From contig CM060732.1 of NCBI GenBank assembly GCA_030704615.1, positions 33,542,001 to 33,606,000 on the forward strand: 64,000 nt of DNA, read 5' to 3'. This document shows, in pieces, positions 1-12,556 of the stretch. The notes beneath the pieces were generated by a model that saw nothing but the letters and a program-made list of their open reading frames with translations, did not search any database and had not been told where the DNA came from. The DNA comes from Takakia lepidozioides. Taxonomy: Eukaryota > Plantae > Bryophyta. The first letter of the stretch is position 1, and every line of letters starts with the position of its first letter. Both the position numbers and the translations under genes were made by a program.

Positions 1-260
1 CAAAATAGGGAAATTCGGCGTCATTTTTCCAGACACTATACCAGTGCATGTTGGGACTTAGCCAGTTTTCGGCCCAAAAAAGAGAAATTCGGCGCCATTT
101 TTCCAGACACGGTACCAGTGCATGTTGGGACTTAGCCAGTTTTCGGCCCCAAAAAGAGAAATTCGGCGCCATTTTCCCAAACACAGGTACCAGTGCATGT
201 TGGGACTTAGCCAGTTTTCGGCCCCAAAAAGAGAAATTCGGCGCCATTTTTCCAGAAATG
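1..260. repeat. Tandem array of ~68-bp units (GAAATTCGGCGCCATTTTTCC...CCAGTGCATGTTGGGACTTAGCCAGTTTTCGGCCC); subterminal repeats of the MULE
   Basis: About 3.5 near-identical units are visible. The core AATTCGGCGCC recurs at 4280-4495 and 22470-22750. Confidence 0.85.
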
Positions 261-411
261 GCCCCACAACTGCTTCTGTTGGATCTCAGTTTGAATGGAA
301 TATTGCCTCATTCCAGGAGTTTTGGGGTGCATTTCATTACACTGCAAAAAAAAAGTCTGATACAGCAAAATGCATTTGAAAATATCCATATGGAGAATTC
401 CGTTTGCCCCA

Positions 412-3400
412 TCAATGATTTCTGGAATCCCTAAGGAGGAGTTTGTGCAGCTCGTTCACGCTCAACGCCGGTGCATGAATAAAGTCATCAATAGTCAAGT
501 TCATCCTCAACCTCTTCAGGTAGATGTAATACAGATGCTTGCACGGATAATACTTCGAACCCTTCTTTGCTTCCATCAACGAGAAGTCCGTACAATTGCA
601 AGTCGGCTCCACTCCAATCGTAATTGTGTATACATCGTCGCGTACAGCCGAGCCGGCCGTTGCCATCCGATACACACGCCCAAGGCCGGGTGGGGGTACG
701 TCCACGGAGCTCTGAATAGTGCAAGCCATCCCAAGAGCATTGGCAATCCGAGTCTCATTCAACTTGTTGGGAGGGTGTCGTCTCTTCACTCTTCCGAATC
801 GCATTGTGGGATGTGCAGAATTGTCCAATCCGTCTCTACTGGACCGAGCAGTCTGCAATGGCTGGGTCTGAGGAACCGGAAATGCGTGGGCCGAGATGTC
901 TGTGCGTTGCACCATTCGAAATCCTGCTGCAGATAGAGCATCCGCCTCATTCTGAGAGAGGCTGCAACCCGGTGCAACAGGCCAGACGCCCGGAGGCTCC
1001 GGCATTCCCTGAATCCCGTACTTGGGCTTGCCAAATACACAGGTCATTATGTCGTGCCTACAGAACCAAAATGTCTGCGTTGTGGCGTGAGCAAATGTGG
1101 GAGTCAAAAATCTGCCGCTGAAACAAGGTGCAGGTACAGCACCGTGTAGGTTCCTCCGAATCATCTCACCACAGCGTGCTCTCGTATCCACCCGGATGGC
1201 GCAGCACTTCCATCGAAATGCCGGCAATGTCCTCGCAATTCTCCACAATGGGAATGTTGTACTGCTTTACTACAGATGGCTCGTTATGTTGCCGGGGCAC
1301 GCGCCCTGTGCTCAAAGGAGATGGCGATCTTGAAAGTGCAGGACTTGCGGTGCTCGACGAGACCTCCTCGGACAACATCACCGGACCACGAGGGAGCATG
1401 CGAATATTCTTGTCAGCTCGCCATGAATCCTCTTCTCCGCCAGGTGCCTCGTCAAGTCTTTGTCTCACTGGACGGGTATGAACATCTCCTTCCAAATGTT
1501 GGCCTCTTCGCAGCAATGGCGTGTCCCGAAGGCCCTCTCGCAAGGCCGCCGCCCACTTCCGAGGATTCTTCGATCTGGAGGCAGTCCGCATCAGCATTTC
1601 CTACCTGTCCGGCCCCAAGCCCCATTGTTTCCCTTTCAAGAACTCGTTGTACCTGCATTGCTACATAATTGACCTCACAATGTCCTCCGTTGTGGCAGTG
1701 AGGATGTCCACCAGATGCGCCACAGAGGAGGCACGCCAGGAAGAGTGCACTGATTCGGCCATGTTTGTCGTGGGCATGTCGGTGTCGGAGTCGAGACACA
1801 TTTCCTGCACAAGCACATGTTCAGGTTATAAGCAAGTTACAAATATGGCCAAGAATAATATTCAACGGGACGCGAATTCGTGCAACTCACCTCCCGCATA
1901 TAGTCGCCGAACTGGAGGAAACGATAATGCCACCATGCTAGCCAACTGACCATTGCTCCCTCGTCTGATTTCCTTACAGCACCTGACGATGTCCACCAAG
2001 CCCGTATGCATGCAAACTGTGTCTCTGCATCATCCAAGGTAGGAGCGCGCTTCCACGCAAGGCACATGGAACGGTGCTCCTCTCTGAAATCTGGCGCCAC
2101 GAGCCTGGTTGTGTACTGCGAAAGGCTCTGCAGAAAATGGAACCCACAAGATCTCTCCTTGCCTTCCATGGGAACATTGGGGTCTTGCCCGTACACCCTT
2201 CGGATGGCAGCCCAATTTGCTTGTGCGTTGTCCGCCATGAAACCACGGAAATTGGGAGGGGGCAATCCCGCCTTGGCCATCTGTTCGTTTATTCCCTGCC
2301 AAAGAAGCATCTCCGATTGTGTGTCCTCTCCTTTCATCTCACAAATAGCAATTGTCATTAGCATCCTGCAGTGGGTGTCGTAGACATGTGCACCCATTGT
2401 CACCCACTGGTGATTTGTAATTCGCTTGATATGGTCGAACATGACCCAACTGTTTGACAAGTTCCCACTCGTCATCCTGTCGACCAGTTCGACGCCGCTG
2501 CCAGGTCCGCACGTGGACATTTTGAATACGAAACAACGATCTGCCTCAGTCCCTTGTTCTGGAAACCTACTTCCATGAATGTAGTCATATCCACATCGTC
2601 GCTTCACCTCCAGAATGGAGTGCATATCCGAGCCACGCCCAATTTTCTGTTTGCATGAGACAATGTGATTTCGGACATTCGGTGAACATACATGGGACAC
2701 CGACTCCAGCAATGCCTCCATTTCCTTCTCGTCGAGAGGAACTCTATCGGAGCCGTCTCCCGACATAATTCTGGCCAATACCATCTTATGGGCGGCTTGG
2801 AGCTGTATCTGTTTGGGTTTGGCACCCGGTCTCAACTTAATCTCCTCCTGAACGAGCTGCTCTGCTTCGTGGGCAGCCTCCCGCGAGTTCCCCTCGCCAA
2901 TTTGTGACAATGGGAACCAACGTGTATGCAAGCTCGGGTGAGGTCAGGGAAACGGTGCAACACATAGAACTGCTTGGCATTACAAACAAACATGCAGTGT
3001 GGTGGTTCTTTGCAATGCGCACACTTAAATGTGGAGTTCGGAACCTTCTCCTGAGCTCGAAATGGTTGGTGAGCTGTGCCTGTCCAATCGGTCTCGTTCT
3101 TGTGACCTCTGGATTTAAAGTGGAAGCAAGTTGGGGAGAAACACCGCAACGCGCCCGCACAAACAACGTACCGCACCCGCACACCATCGAGCATCTTCAT
3201 GCTGGTGGTTTTGGTAACGCACCAAGGATGACCGTCATGTTTTCTATCCATATCTGTCAACATTCCGGACGCCCTCGAGTAGTCCGCCCGAGGAGGGAAC
3301 TCAAAGAAGATATTACCGTCGACGTTGGCGGGAAGGCATATAACCGATTTAATTGCGAACTTGCTGTAGTCCAGCCCGGCCAGCTCCGACCGGTGTCCTT

Positions 3401-3992
3401 CAAGATGAAGCCCTCGCAAAATTTCAAGAATAGATCGAACTGCGGTGCTCGTGCTGGGAATATGACCCCCTCCTCCACTGACGTCCATTGAGGACTTGCC
3501 TGATCTCCAGGACGACCTCGGAACTTCCATGACCTCGTCTGAGTCGGACAGATTGTGAACAACCCGGTTCTCGCTCGTCTTCATGGATGGGTTCGGCTCT
3601 GGATTTACTTCGTTGCGGACTTCTCTCTTTGAGGTACCCACTCTCTGATTCGCGGATTGTTTCGTGGAAGGCGCCAGGATAGACGGTGCATTTGGCGGGC
3701 AAATGAAGTCCCCAACAGCCCTGTATATGACGTTGTCCGATGGTGGAACTCGCCATTCCCTGCCATCGCCGAAATCATCGTGGAGCACAACAATACTCTC
3801 GACAACAAGGCCGTTAGAGTCCTTCCTTTCCTCCTCCAAAAAAACCGACCCCGGTTTCAGGTGGTATCGAACGCACAGATATTTCTCCATCACCCGGCAG
3901 GTGTCCCCTCTGCACGGAAATGAAGCTCTATGCTCGTGAGGAGGGCAGTACACTGTAGCGCTCGAGTTTTCCGCCGTGGGAGATGTGCACAC
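412..3992 (-). pseudogene. MULE transposase: GCM-like Zn domain + DDE core + C-terminal SWIM finger; disrupted
   Basis: Motifs in order: DGHPW..CAG..C..C..CxxC..C..HVGSHCH; VMFDH; FMADNAQ; CGFHFLQ (MULE CxxH); a GT-AG intron at ~1890-1805; TTNMAESVH (catalytic E); CNCTDF...CKHLYY (SWIM). Frameshifts lie at ~2900 and ~1250, and in-frame TAG codons at 1661-1663 and 1601-1603. Confidence 0.85.
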
Positions 3993-4239
3993 AAGACTGC
4001 CAGGATGGCGTGCGGGGAAGCTCCCTGGTAGAAGGGGGATGCAGCGATGGGAATGAATGCGATGCCGATTTGTTCGAGCGACGAAGCCTGATCCAAATCC
4101 AGGGAGCCAACTATCTCAAAAATCCACAGTCAGAGTGTTAATGAACCTTGTCTCCGGAATGCGGCCCCTGGTCTTTGCGCAATAACTGCCAACGGTATGC
4201 AGTCAGAAAGTGGGGGGCCGTCCGGATGATGACGGCTGA

Positions 4240-4560
4240 AGGGGAGAAGCCGGCACCGTGCCGTCACATTACTACCGAATGGAAATTCGGCACCCAATAT
4301 CCAACAGGGGAAGCCAGGATGAAGTTGCCTCGGGCGCAGAGGCCGGCGCGTGTGCGACAGAGAATATCCCCTGGATGGAGATTCGGCGCCGAATTTCCAT
4401 CCGGGCCCCCCCAAAGGAAGTCGTGTCGGGGGGTCAGGCCAAAAACTGGCCGGCATAAAAACATCCCCAGATGGAAAAACGGCGCCGAATTTCCATCCGG
4501 GGCGGTTTGGATGCACTCGGGGAGGGGGGAGAGGCCGGCACTTGGCCGTCACATTATTGC
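4240..4560. repeat. Subterminal repeats with palindromic ATTCGGCGCCGAAT cores and a duplicated GCCGGCAC..GCCGTCACATTA unit
   Basis: Cores at ~4281, 4381 and 4478; duplicated unit at ~4250-4272 and ~4535-4558. Confidence 0.7.
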
Positions 4561-4706
4561 GTTACTAAAATCCATAGTACCATTCTCCTTAGTTAGATTG
4601 CACATCAGACCCTTGAAGGTTGCAAGATTGCCTAGTCACAGAAGTGTAGCTAGCTGAAACATTAGAAGTTTTTTTTCCATCTTGTATGTCGGCCATTTCA
4701 TTGGAA

Positions 4707-4833
4707 TCAAATCAAGAATTGTCCTGGACTGAGTTTTCTTTCCCCGACAGGGTGTTTGGCAGTTCCAAATGGTAATATGTTCAAAACTTCTTCAACTTTC
4801 TTCACGACTTTCTTCACCACACTCGCTTCAGAC
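4707..4833 (-). pseudogene. Post-TIR exon (TIR-to-NB-ARC linker), ends in an early stop
   Basis: Splices in frame (phase 2) to give G-SEASVVKKVVKKVEEVLNILPFGTAKHPVG, which is typical of the start of TNL exon 2. TGA at 4709-4707; no P-loop follows. Confidence 0.7.
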
Positions 4834-5876
4834 CTGCACATCAAGGGTATTGATAAGGCTACATAAGGCAGTGCCCCATAAGCATCTCATCAAGAATTGC
4901 TTCTAAGAATCAGTAATTTTCAATCAGTTATCCAAAGTCAAAAGCAAGCTTCCAAGGAGCTCCAACATCTACACCACAATCAGCACCACACTTTGTGATC
5001 TAAGAGTGCAACAAACAACTTTTTATGCAAAGCTCTTAGTGCCAAGGGGCTTTGCCATTAAAAGTGATGTTGATCCACTAAAAGATCTCGTCAGAAAACA
5101 AAAAATTACAACTATCATGAAATTTATATGAAATATCCTAAATCATATAATTAAAGTCCCACTTCTACATTTGCAATGCTCGATTCTTTCCTAGGAGATA
5201 AAAAGAATGAGGAAATAGAGAGTGGGCTGTAATATCTTTACAAATATGGAGATATATCCATACTTACAGTTAAAGGTAGCCAAATAAGAAGCATTGAGCA
5301 GATCTGATCTAAGGTTATTATTAGAGGAATTTTCAGATGAGCAAACAAAAAAATTTAGAGAAACAGCAACAAAAAGTAATAGAAAAAGAAAAAGAAAAGA
5401 AAAAAAAGAAGCATGTATAAAAGACGCCGACCATAACAAAACAATGAACATGGATTCATATGAACCCTGAACTAAGAATTGTAGTATATAGACTTGGTGA
5501 CTGCCTCTCACACATCCATGGACCAAGCAAAAAATGAAGACGTATGGAAGTATCAGGCCACCATCATTTTCTCTCCAAGAGAAAGTAAGTGCAATGACCT
5601 GATGGTACAAGAACGCATGACAAATCCTTAAAACCGACAAGAGAAGAAAACGATATCCCCATGCAGCCCCTCGTTGTTGACAAAGGCCTCCACAACTTCA
5701 AGGGTAGAGTCATAAAAGGAAGACAGCAAGGTAGGAGCAATTGGGAAATGAATGCTTATAAAAGTCAAAATTATGAAAGAGACGTGTTCTCAGGAGTGGG
5801 AGGGAGGTGGGAAATCAAGTAAATCATCATCATGCCAAATATACAGGAGTAAGCAAGCAAACTTTGCACACCCTAC

Positions 5877-6324
5877 CCATCTGCAAGTTCCACTCCCATG
5901 CGATGTGATGCTTGAGTGAGTGCTTCCTTCCACTTTGTCACTTCTTCATCAGTGTGCCGCTGTCTTAGTTTCTCAAGCCCAGCCCTTAGACAACCATTAT
6001 CTGGCCTTCGTACATCGCTGGGTGTCACATCATAGAAGATGGGCAAGATGATGACATTGTCACAGCTTTTCAACATGAGGCATAGCTCATCCAGGCACCA
6101 CTTGGACTCTGTATAACCCTTACTGAACACCGGTATGCAGATACGAGCACTGCGGATAGCATGATCGATGGACTCCTGTGGACTCTCTCCCAAACCAATA
6201 TCTTTGGCATCGAGGAACGGTTTAAACCCAGCAGTGCGCAGCGCCTCATCCAAGTGGCCCACGAAAGTCTTCTTTACGTCCGGCCCTCTATGACTGATAA
6301 ACACATCATACCTCTCCACGGGAC
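5877..6324 (-). CDS. TIR-domain exon of a TIR-(NB-LRR)-type immune receptor gene
   Basis: YDVFISHRGPDVKKTFV...FSKGYTESKWCLDEL...LPIFYDVTPSDVR, with the catalytic Glu intact. CAG acceptor at 6327-6325 and GT donor at 5876. Confidence 0.92.
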
Positions 6325-7465
6325 CTGCACATAGAAGAACAGAACCTTTTCCTGCACAAAGTGAATGCCTAAGAGGATGAGGTTGACTTGCAAAAGGGTC
6401 AGTTTAATCTGACCTTAACTCAAGGGGATTTTCCAGCAGCCATGACAAGAAAACAATGCCCAAGTAAATGCCCATGCCTGAGCATACAAACCAAAAAATG
6501 GTGAGGCTCCTGGGGCTGAGCGAAAAGGTATTTACCAAGCCACCAGTTCCCTCACCCCTGACTCTCTTTCTATCTTTCATACCTCAGATTCGTACCAATT
6601 GTGACACTATTTAGGTGTGTGACTCTTAGTGCACATCACCTGCGGACTCACATGTAACGTTCAACACCAGTATTGTAATACCAGTGTTAGACCTTCAAGC
6701 TGGCGTCCATGGACTTCTAAAACAGACTAAACTTTTCTCATCTCCAGCAGGTAACTCCCACTTTCAGTCGTGCACCCAGCTTACTCACCTACGTCGTTTC
6801 TTCCAGTTCTCTTGCATTCCCATGTCATCATGTTTACCACGGATAGTTCCTAAACTTAACACCAGAACAGTGCTTCTTCATTCAGATCGGGTCTGGTGCG
6901 AACTACTCCCCATACTTCAAACAAGTTGGCGCAAGGTGAGAAGGACTTATGCTCATCAAGTCCCGCCAAATTTCCACCACTTCTGGGAGGTGCGGAATGT
7001 TCACAAAAGAAGCTCGCGGCGGTGGGCTATCGTCTGATAACCCCTACTAATTGTCAATCCCACCCAAGGAGGCCAGCGGAGTAGCTCTCTCAATGGAGGA
7101 AAGAAAGCTGACAGCGTTACCTCTGGGGGTTCGGTTGCCGCGGTTGATATCCACTGAGTCATCCTCGGCAGCCCGTTCATGTGGATCCTGAGAGCTGGAA
7201 GCAAGCGTGGACCTTTGAGCAGATGCAGCACTGGATTTCGACCAGAGAGGAGGCAGCCACTGCATAGTGAGGAGACGATGCAGGGCGTCCATGGCAGCGA
7301 GCACTCAAGAAGAAGCAAGTAGCACTGAAGACACAGGATCGCAGTGAGGATCAGAAGGACCCAACACGACTGCCTCGCTCCCTCTCTCTTCCCAGTGTTC
7401 ATCCAGAAATATGGATGAACAATCCGCTCATGGATGTTCGTTGACCTTCCCGTTAAACATACAGC

Positions 7466-7642
7466 ACTTGCCCAGTGGTTGGGTGTTTGTGCCTTGCCTA
7501 TGCATAACCTGGGTGATACTGGGTTCAATCCTTCAACATGTGCCTTCAGACCGTCCATTGGGCCCTCGATGGCCTATGTGTTGAGCAGTAGGCTCAGTAA
7601 ATTCACTAGACGTTAAAGAACTTTATCTTTATCTTTATCTTT
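7466..7642 (+). mobile_element. Putative tRNA-derived SINE
   Basis: A-box-like TTGCCCAGTGGTTGG, B-box GGGTTCAATCC, GCAC/GTGC stem ends and a 3' (TTTATC)n tail. Confidence 0.5.
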
Positions 7643-8139
7643 GTTATTATCTGCTCCCCAAGAGTAGATTGGCTCGCTTGGGGCACTGCCAGACTTTCTT
7701 CTTTTCAACAAAAGCTGAAAGAACACACAAAAAAAAGCTAGCAGTGAGTAGAGAATGAAAAGAAGTGCATGGTCGAAAAGATTAGGAAGGTGGAAGGAAA
7801 TCTTTCACATGCTTTATGCAAGGGAAGCGAAAATCGAGGAATGCCCCACACCAGGGCCTGGAGTGGTGCAATCAAGTCGCCCCAGCTCTCCTCACAGAAA
7901 TTACATATCCACAATCGTGGGTATCTGAACATGCTCTCCTGGTCTTTTTCCATGTCCAAAGTGCTCTGATAGTACACTACTGCTCAATTGATTCATTGCA
8001 CCGAATCTCTTGTTGCTGTGTACATGAATCCATCGAATTGTATATATATTTACATTTGACGCCCCTCGAAGGAAGCATAAATTATGGTGTCTCTTTCACC
8101 CCAAAGGGTTACTGCCTTCCGCCACGAAGGTGGACCTTT

Positions 8140-8212
8140 GTGACACAAATGGGTGGATTGAACCCACAACCACTTCCGAGGTGGTGTGTGTCCATTACCA
8201 TTGGGCTACAAC
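8140..8212 (-). other. Degenerate tRNA-like/SINE head
   Basis: Minus strand carries TAGCCCAATGGTAA (A box) and GGTTCAATCC (B box) at tRNA-like spacing. Confidence 0.35.
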
Positions 8213-9791
8213 TTGAATCCATCAAACAACCTTCGAAGAGGTGGAAAAAGAATAGACGGTAGAATGTCATGTCTGCACAACAGAGCGGGAAAAAGTGGAA
8301 GGCAGTCAAGAAGAAAGGTGGGGCCCGACCGTCCCCCAATGATCACTTCAGAAGTGAGATTTTTTGAGGCTGTTCTGATTTCATGTACAATAGAAAATCA
8401 TTAGTTTGTTTCAAAATGTTCACTGCACCATGAAACAAAGAAAGAAAGAAATTCTACACTATCAATGGGAAGCTAAGAGAAATTATGGGACGAAGGAAGT
8501 TGGATACAAGGACAGTGGGGCCCACTACAAGCAGCCCAAAAACTACACTGGAACTTCAAGAAATTCTTTAAGGTAGAGGCATCTTCTGATCCTTGCAAAG
8601 AAACACATCTGTGTCAGATTGGCTGTCGCTACATAGGCAGTAGTAGTGGGATAGTGAGGAAAGAAATGCTCAGTCTCCATCTCCAAAAGCCAGGCAGAGT
8701 TGTCCAGCATGCTGTATCTATCCCATCTCCTAGTCTCTATCCTCACACTTTGTAAGCCCACATTAAGAGATGGAGAGAGAGGCACAATCCAACACTTAGG
8801 CTGTAAGATTTTGTCCTCGGGAGAAGAAGGAAGGCGAATCGATAGAGCTGCAATTATGCGTTAAGCGGAGTTAGTGATTTCTCTGTTATCTCCCCCTGAC
8901 ATGGAGTTCAAACTCATGTCTAATGAATCACAGGGGGGGAGCCCTCTTTGATCTCAACTCCCCTCCACCAGGTACAAACTTCTCAGCTCCAGGGTAATGG
9001 CGCCTCTTTGCTCTCAAGTTCCGCCCACAAACTCCTCCATTACCATCTCCACCATTCGCACTTCTGGTTTGAATGGATGAGGTGCCTTCATATACATATC
9101 TTTTGATGCTATCAGCTCAAGAGCTATATCTCATTATTAATGAGTCTACAAAATAATGGGACCTTAAACCCTCATCCATACCGAGAAATGGAGGTATGAC
9201 TTGTAGACATACAAAACAACCCAGTTTCAGAGCAGGATATATTTATAACACAAAGAAAGGACCTTTGGTCAAACTCTTTATACCATACATACATATATAT
9301 TCTTCGCTACCATCTAAAGAAAGCGGTCGGGGAAGTCACACGCTAACCCAACTTATGATCATTGCATAATGGTCTTTGAAAATTGAAGAGAACACATAGA
9401 AACCATATCCAATGCCTTGGAAGTACTTGACAATGGCTTCAAACATAATGTACCAAAGATGCCTAGCAAAGCAGGACAAGCACTATGCGGGGGCTTGAAA
9501 AGAGAGTACGTAAGTACCCCACCAGCAGGAAGCAGAAATAAGCCTGAATAAATGCAAGCACAATTCTGCAAAGGAAGGATCAAACTTCCTGCCAGGTGAA
9601 TGTCATGATCTGGAATCCTGAATCTCCGTACCAAAAGCAATTTCAGGTTTAGGTGTGTGAACATAGATTCCAAATTTGGATTGGGTTTCTTGTGTGTAGT
9701 GAAAATAGATTCCCCACTTAAAATAGACTCTTCTCTGAACTAGAAGTACACAATGAAGTTATGCTTGAGTGAGTAGAAGCCGCAGGACTAC

Positions 9792-10890
9792 CTGGAGGAC
9801 AGCTTGCTGAACTTTCTGAGTCTGGCCTTTTGATGCCTTACCTGCCACAGTGCACATAAAGGCCACATGTCAAAAAGATTGATTAACTGTTGCAGTTGTG
9901 ATCTCACCATAGAGGAAGCTGAATTACATGGGTCACTTATATTCTGCGAGGTACCGTTGAATCAAGAGACACACAAGATCTGCCCTCCATGAGGTCCTCA
10001 ATATCTTCCTTGGTGCAGTCACTGCACCTCCCATCTTACACTGCTTTAGATAGAGTTATAAGCAACTAGAAAGAGCAATGTTCATGCTGAGACATGTCCC
10101 ATCTCTATGAGAACTATAATGGTGTTGAAGGGCAGCATAGGAAAGAAAGCAGTGGAACATGATGCACATTACCAGTTTGGGTGACACAAATCCCAGGTGA
10201 GCTCGAAACAAAATTGTTTGAAGCAAAAAGGAAATCGGTTTCATTAAAAATACAGGTGGAATTCACAAAAAGAAATAATCAAAGGTTTACAGGTTCACCA
10301 TTGCCCTAAACAGTTGAGAATTGCAAACAATCCTTACTTACCAGAGCTCTGCCCAATAAACTCCATTGCTTTGACAACATCTCCAACTCTGTTGAGAACT
10401 TCCATAATGTCTCTGCAATTAGGGATCACACACTAGTTGATGATAGATTAAAAATTACTCGACATGTTCCCTGAAATTGGTGAAGACTCTTGACTCTTGA
10501 GGACCTTACAAAGTAACTATTGGTAGTTGAAAGGCATCAAGACAACCTTGATAGAGCATAGCAAAATGCCAAAGCCTATTCAGGTCTATTATTACATACT
10601 TCAACTGGGCAACAAAAGCAAACAGATTGCCATCCAAATCCATGGTATGTAGATGTACTGGAGAATGGAGAGGGGTTTAGCTGAAATAAGAGAGTATAAT
10701 TTCCTCCATCTTTAGTAGTTTGGAGCTAGAGACACCATGGCCAACACCCTGCTGCATCAGGCTCCTTACATGCTGCAACTTAGCATTCTTTGCCAGTTGC
10801 TGTACAAAAAATGGTCGAAATAAGCTGGAGCTTCTCAAGTCCCAGATCCAAGCTGCTTCATCATCTGTATATGCTCTCATCTGATTATCT
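9792..10890 (-). other. Putative short upstream exons, possibly of the TIR gene
   Basis: AG/GT-bounded segments at ~9792-9841, ~9955-10021 and 10342-10412 (DIMEVLNRVGDVVKAMEFIGQSS), plus an open segment at ~10680-10890. Phases could not be fully reconciled. Confidence 0.3.
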
Positions 10891-11540
10891 GCAGGGTACA
10901 AAAATCTTTTGACGGTAAAAGTAGACAAGCGTGAGCTTTATGGCCTCCTCATTCATTGGGATTTGGGTGGGAGTCTGGACTGAGATGTGTTGTGGTGCAT
11001 AATCTTGCAGAAAGCAGCCGGAAAGACGGAAAAAGCTACAGGAAGGCTAAAGAGATTAGGCTCAAACAAGAGCAGGTACCAGAACTTTTGCTCATTTTAT
11101 CGATCTAATGAAGGACCATAAAACACAGCTGATCAGCTTTTGTAGTAACATGTGCAGAGGTTGAATCACCTGGAGACAAAAATAGTGCACCTGGAGTGCC
11201 TGTCCAGATCCTTTGGCAGGTAACATGAGTGTTTCCAACATAAAGTTTCATGCTCTAATGCAGTCAACAATCTTTTGGGCAGATTTTCCACTGGTCAGTG
11301 GAAATTGCCACCTTTTATTGCCATTGTATCCACTTGAGCTATGTTTTGGACACAGACTTGGATCCAAGGGCAGAGACACAGAGAATGTAGTCATGGACCT
11401 CGAGTTGTTGTATAGCGTATAGAGACATGATCGAAAAGTTGGGGGGAGGGGTGCAGAGAAAAGACGCCATAAAAATGGACTTAAAATTGCTGCATACTGA
11501 ATCCAGTTGTGGTTGTGGTCTTTGCTTTTCAGAAGAAAGG

Positions 11541-11590
11541 AAGAAATGAATGGTACTTTATAACATCCGTGGGAAGCTCAAAGGAAAGGC
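11541..11590 (-). repeat. Dispersed repeat resembling a non-LTR retroelement 3' end (copy 1)
   Basis: GAAATGAATGGTACTTTATAACATCCGTGGGAAGCTCAAAG matches 46821-46872 and the reverse complement of 12500-12556. Confidence 0.6.
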
Positions 11591-12499
11591 AGATACAAGA
11601 GAAAAGACTTCACAACATCCCCAGAGGGCCTACGGATAGGGGCGCAGAGACACACAGAGACATGGAGACAAATGGATCTGGAGGGGATAAAAGAGAACAA
11701 GAAAAGAGATCTCACTTCATTGTAAGGCATGTCGAACCCCTTGAGTTTCCCTTTTCAAAAGCAGCCAAGAGAATTGTTACTTGACCAATTGCAGGTACGA
11801 ATTACTTTTGAGACATTTCTTTAAAGGTTGACAACATTTCTTTAAAGGGCATGTTTTCCTTCCTGAAATCTGTCTATCTTCTCTCGAGTACTGAAGTCGT
11901 GTTTGTTATGGCCCTGTAGAACTTGGATGAGCAATTGCTCGAGGAGCATGAGAAGTTTGGAACTGTGCCAATTTCAGGTGGCATTAAGCACTATTTTATT
12001 CTCCCCATCCATGCCAGGGTATCCCTGTACTGATGGATTCCCGCTTCACATTCTCAAGACATCGATTTATCCACTTCAGGAACTCTCTTACATGTGAGGT
12101 GCGGAAACCATGATATGATTGTGATTGAATGCAACAATAAAACATAACGTTCAGCATTGCAAAAACAACACTCCATGGGTTCAACTTAGGTGGACCTACT
12201 TCATCACCATATCTCTCTCAGAGCCAGATGAGTAATTAGACCTGACACTGTTCAAGTCTCAAAAGGCATGAGCAGTTATTGTTGTCTTTCAAGATTCCCA
12301 GGCTTTTTTAAGAGACCTTGACCTGGCATTTAAAATTGTAGCTTACCTTCAAGGAGCCACAGTCTTCAAGCGTTGTTTAGCTGTTTCTAAAATGGTTACT
12401 TCTTGTTCTACTGTGTCCCATTGGCCCTTGGTACGTTATGAAATTTTCTGTCTTTTTTTCTGGCCCCCAAGGACGTTATGAAGTTCCTCTCCTTTCCTT

Positions 12500-12556
12500 T
12501 CTCTCTTTGAGCTTTCCACAGACGTTATAAAGTACTTATTTCATTTCGTTTCGTTT
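12500..12556 (+). repeat. Same dispersed repeat (copy 2) ending in a (TTTCA/G)n tail
   Basis: CTTTGAGCTTTCCACAGACGTTATAAAGTACTTATTTCATTTCGTTTCGTTTC. Confidence 0.6.

Larger units (their letters stand above)
1..4560 (-). mobile_element. Mutator-like DNA transposon (left end outside window, right end approximate)
   Basis: A transposase pseudogene is flanked on both sides by arrays of the AATTCGGCGCC motif. No TIR or TSD could be resolved. Confidence 0.75.

Noticed and set aside
2890-2910. Programmed ribosomal frameshift between the GCM and DDE ORFs
   Set aside because: A single missing A restores the frame, the second copy reads through the equivalent position, and the gene has other lesions.
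370-3939. Numerous plus-strand ORFs over the transposase, and similar ones over PAL
   Set aside because: Antisense or alternate-frame shadows of GC-rich coding sequence with no recognisable motifs.
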